Of a DNA stretch of 38,050 nucleotides, positions 33,658 through 38,050 are shown piece after piece. The notes beneath the pieces are model-generated. The model saw only the letters and a program-made list of their open reading frames with translations. It was not told the DNA's origin and searched no databases. Where the stretch lies: contig JAUCBJ010008188.1 of the NCBI GenBank assembly GCA_032718475.1, positions 1-38,050 on the forward strand. The letters run 5' to 3'. The position numbers were made by a program, and so were the translations under genes. The DNA is from Nemertoderma westbladi (Eukaryota > Animalia > Xenacoelomorpha). Within the stretch, counting starts at the first letter, position 1; every line of letters starts with the position of its first letter.

Positions 33658-36600
33658 CATTATCTTACCTTTTAATAAAACTGGCACTCTGCGATGGCAT
33701 TATCTTACCTTTTTATAGAACTGGCACTCTGCGATGGCATTATCTTACCTTTTTATAGAACTGGCACTCTGCGATGGCATTATCTTACCTTTTTATAGAA
33801 CTGACAGTCAGCGTTGGCATTATCTTACCTTTTAATAGAAATGGAGTCAGCGATGGCAATATCTTACCTTTTAATAGAACTGGCACTCTGCGATGGCATT
33901 ATCTTACCTTTTTATAGAACTGGCAGTCAGCGATGGCATTATCTTACCTTTTAATAGAACTGGCACTCTGCGATGGCATTATCTTACCTTTTTATAGAAC
34001 TGGCAGTCAGCGATGGCATTATCTTACCTTTTTATAGAACTGGCACTCTGCGATGGCATTAGCTTACCTTTTTATAGAACTGGCACTCTGCGATGGCATT
34101 ATCTTACCTTTTCATAGAACTGACAGTCAGCGATGGCATTATCTTACCTTTTTATAGAACTGGCAGTCAGCGATGGCATTATCTTACCTTTTATAGAACT
34201 GGCACTCTGCGATGGCATTATCTTACCTTTTTATAGAACTGGCAGTCAGCGATGGCATTATCTTACCTTTTTATAGAACTGGCAGTCAGCGATGGCAATA
34301 TCTTACCTTTTAATAGAACTGGCACTCTGCGATGGCATTATCTTACCTTTTATAGAACTGGCACTCAGCGATGGCATTATCTTACCTTTTTATAGAACTG
34401 GCAGTCAGCGATGGCATTATCTTACCTTTTTATAGAACTGGCAGTCAGCGATGGCATTATCTTACCTTTTTATAGAACTGGCAGTCAGCGATGGCAATTA
34501 TCTTACCTTTTAATAGAACTGGCACTCTGCGATGGCATTATCTTACCTTTTTAGAACTGGCACTCAGCGATGGCATTATCTTACCTTTTTATAGAACTGG
34601 CAGTCAGCGATGGCATTATCTTACCTTTTTATAGAACTGGCAGTCAGCGATGGCATTATCTTACCTTTTTATAGAACTGGCACTCTGCGATGGCATTATC
34701 TTACCTTTTTAGAACTGGCACTCAGCGATGGCATTATCTTACCTTTTTATAGAACTGGCAGTCAGCGATGGCATTATCTTACCTTTTTATAGAACTGGCA
34801 CTCTGCGATGGCATTATCTTACCTTTTTATAGAACTGGCAGTCAGCGATGGCATTATCTTACCTTTTATAGAACTGGCACTCTGCGATGGCATTATCTTA
34901 CCTTTTTATAGAACTGGCACTCTGCGATGGCATTATCTTACCTTTTAATAGAACTGGCACTCTGCGATGGCATTATCTTACCTTTTTATAGAACTGGCAG
35001 TCAGCGATGGCATTATCTTACCTTTTTATAGAACTGGCAGTCAGCGATGGCATTATCTTACCTTTTTATAGAACTGGCAGTCAGCGATGGCATTATCTTA
35101 CCTTTTTATAGAACTGGCACTCTGCGATGGCATTATCTTACCTTTTTATAGAACTGGCACTCAGCGATGGCATTATCTTACCTTTTTATAGAACTGACAG
35201 TCAGCGATGGCATTATCTTACCTTTTTATAGAACTGGCAGTCAGCGATGGCATTATCTTACCTTTTAATAGAACTGGCACTCTGCGATGGCATTATCTTA
35301 CCTTTTTAGAACTGGCACTCAGCGATGGCATTATCTTACCTTTTTATAGAACTGGCAGTCAGCGATGGCATTATCTTACCTTTTTATAGAACTGGCAGTC
35401 AGCGATGGCATTATCTTACCTTTTTATAGAACTGGCACTCTGCGATGGCATTATCTTACCTTTTTATAGAACTGGCAGTCAGCGATGGCATTATCTTACC
35501 TTTTTATAGAACTGGCACTCTGCGATGGCATTATCTTACCTTTTTATAGAACTGGCACTCTGCGATGGCATTATCTTACCTTTTTATAGAACTGGCAGTC
35601 AGCGATGGCATTATCTTACCTTTTTATAGAACTGGCAGTCAGCGATGGCATTATCTTACCTTTTTATAGAACTGGCACTCTGCGATGGCATTATCTTACC
35701 TTTTTATAGAACTGGCAGTCAGCGATGGCATTATCTTACCTTTTTATAGAACTGGCAGTCAGCGATGGCATTATCTTACCTTTTTATAGAACTGGCAGTC
35801 AGCGATGGCATTATCTTACCTTTTTATAGAACTGGCAGTCAGCGATGGCATTATCTTACCTTTTAATAGAACTGGCACTCTGCGATGGCATTATCTTACC
35901 TTTTTATAGAACTGGCAGTCAGCGATGGCATTATCTTACCTTTTTATAGAACTGGCACTCTGCGATGGCATTATCTTACCTTTTAATAGAACTGGCACTC
36001 TGCGATGGCATTATCTTACCTTTTTATAGAACTGGCACTCTGCGATGGCATTATCTTACCTTTTTATAGAACTGGCACTCTGCGATGGCATTATCTTACC
36101 TTTTTATAGAACTGGCAGTCAGCGATGGCATTATCTTACCTTTTTATAGAACTGGCAGTCAGCGATGGCATTATCTTACCTTTTATAGAACTGGCACTCA
36201 GCGATGGCATTATCTTACCTTTTTATAGAACTGGCACTCAGCGATGGCATTATCTTACCTTTTTATAGAACTGGCAGTCAGCGATGGCATTATCTTACCT
36301 TTTTATAGAACTGGCACTCTGCGATGGCATTATCTTACCTTTTAATAGAACTGGCACTCAGCGATGGCATTATCTTACCTTTTTATAGAACTGGCAGTCA
36401 GCGATGGCATTATCTTACCTTTTTATAGAACTGGCAGTCAGCGATGGCATTATCTTACCTTTTAATAGAACTGGCAGTCAGCGATGGCATTATCTTACCT
36501 TTTTATAGAACTGGCACTCTGCGATGGCATTATCTTACCTTTTTATAGAACTGGCAGTCAGCGATGGCATTATCTTACCTTTTTATAGAACTGGCACTCT

Positions 36601-37296
36601 GCGATGGCATTATCTTACCTTTTTATAGAACTGGCAGTCAGCGATGGCATTATCTTACCTTTTTATAGAACTGGCACTCTGCGATGGCATTATCTTACCT
36701 TTTTATAGAACTGGCACTCTGCGATGGCATTATCTTACCTTTTAATAGAACTGGCACTCAGCGATGGCATTATCTTACCTTTTTATAGAACTGGCAGTCA
36801 GCGATGGCATTATCTTACCTTTTTATAGAACTGGCAGTCAGCGATGGCATTATCTTACCTTTTTATAGAACTGGCAGTCAGCGATGGCATTATCTTACCT
36901 TTTTATAGAACTGGCACTCTGCGATGGCATTATCTTACCTTTTTATAGAACTGGCACTCTGCGATGGCATTATCTTACCTTTTTATAGAACTGGCAGTCA
37001 GCGATGGCATTATCTTACCTTTTTATAGAACTGGCACTCTGCGATGGCATTATCTTACCTTTTTATAGAACTGGCAGTCAGCGATGGCATTATCTTACCT
37101 TTTTATAGAACTGGCACTCTGCGATGGCATTATCTTACCTTTTTATAGAACTGGCAGTCAGCGATGGCATTATCTTACCTTTTAATAGAACTGGCAGTCA
37201 GCGATGGCATTATCTTACCTTTTTATAGAACTGGCACTCTGCGATGGCATTATCTTACCTTTTTATAGAACTGGCAGTCAGCGATGGCATTATCTT
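33658..37296. repeat. 40-bp satellite, right array (~91 units)
   Basis: Same unit and orientation as the left array; resumes in register after the TSD. Confidence 0.97.
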
Positions 37297-38050
37297 GATC
37301 CCGGTTACGGAATCGGTTTGTTAAACGACTCGGATATGTTATTGCCAAACAATTAGTGTCGACAAACAATGGATTCTCCTTACAAACATCGACAGGAGGG
37401 AACATAACGCGATCCCATTTATTGCGAAAATTCTAGAATATAAAACGGTTTCATTTATATATGGGGGAGTCATAGAGCAAAGATATAATATTTTTTTTCG
37501 TATAAAGTTATTTACGGGGTCATTTAGGGGCCGTAATAATAATTAATTGCTACAATAAAAATACTTTCAAAAATGTTAAATTGTGGTTATCATATACAAA
37601 TAATATACAATAACATTATGATTTGACTGACAGCGTTCAATCTAAACAAGGAGATAAGAAAGAAACCACAGAATACGCAGCGTTTCTAAAAATTAAACAA
37701 AAAATGTTCCTAAAAAACTAAAATATAACTAAAAATATAATTTATGGTAGAATATTCCTCTTAAATTCAATTATTTTGCATTAAAAGCAATTGAATCATA
37801 TTTCAGGTTCGAACATTACGGGATCAAATATAATAGCGCCTAACCTTCGTTAGGTGAGGGAGATTGTATAGCCAAGCTTTAATAGGATGTAAGCCATCAT
37901 CCGGCATTGGGTCAGGGTCTTCGTCGACCGAACTATAATACGCCTCTAGTGGGGGCTCAGAGAATTTCTTTCTAGTTGTTTTATAATCGAATAGTTCCGA
38001 GTTGTATTTGTCTGTCTCACTCTCGTCGAACTCGGAAGACATGCTGGTAT

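Noticed and set aside
26976-37296. CRISPR-like array or coding repeats (MALSYLFIEL... ORFs)
   Set aside because: Head-to-tail units with no unique spacers, no cas genes, eukaryotic context; the ORFs are by-products of the 40-bp period
37824-38042. 72-aa acidic ORF as a named gene
   Set aside because: No recognisable domain and it sits at the window edge; cannot be supported

Overview
AT-rich, repeat-dense eukaryotic (invertebrate animal-like) genomic DNA. Host genes: an apparently single-exon PELP1/Rix1 homolog (+, 4441-6933); a convergent, intronless BMI1/PCGF-type RING-RAWUL gene (-) split by a young 5'-truncated RTE LINE with an exact 81-bp target-site duplication; and a two-exon, secreted Ly6/three-finger-type protein gene (13746-14245) missed by the ORF track. 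Mobile DNA: a young Gypsy LTR retrotransposon (18954-24467, -) whose gag centre is replaced by a 12-bp minisatellite plus a 90-bp copy of its own pol, several LINE remnants, tRNA-derived SINEs, MITEs, and a ~6-kb 40-bp satellite interrupted by a 4.3-kb Foldback/MULE-like element with a 9-bp TSD. The most unusual signals are (i) clusters of TA-flanked micro-motifs (TACAGTA, TACCGGTA, TAGGCCTA) at promoter-like positions, two of which appear as insertions at a TA in paralogous repeats, as DNA-transposon excision footprints would, and (ii) a 288-bp tandem duplication with spliced-leader-RNA-like architecture. All calls come from reading the sequence by eye; no database searches were run.
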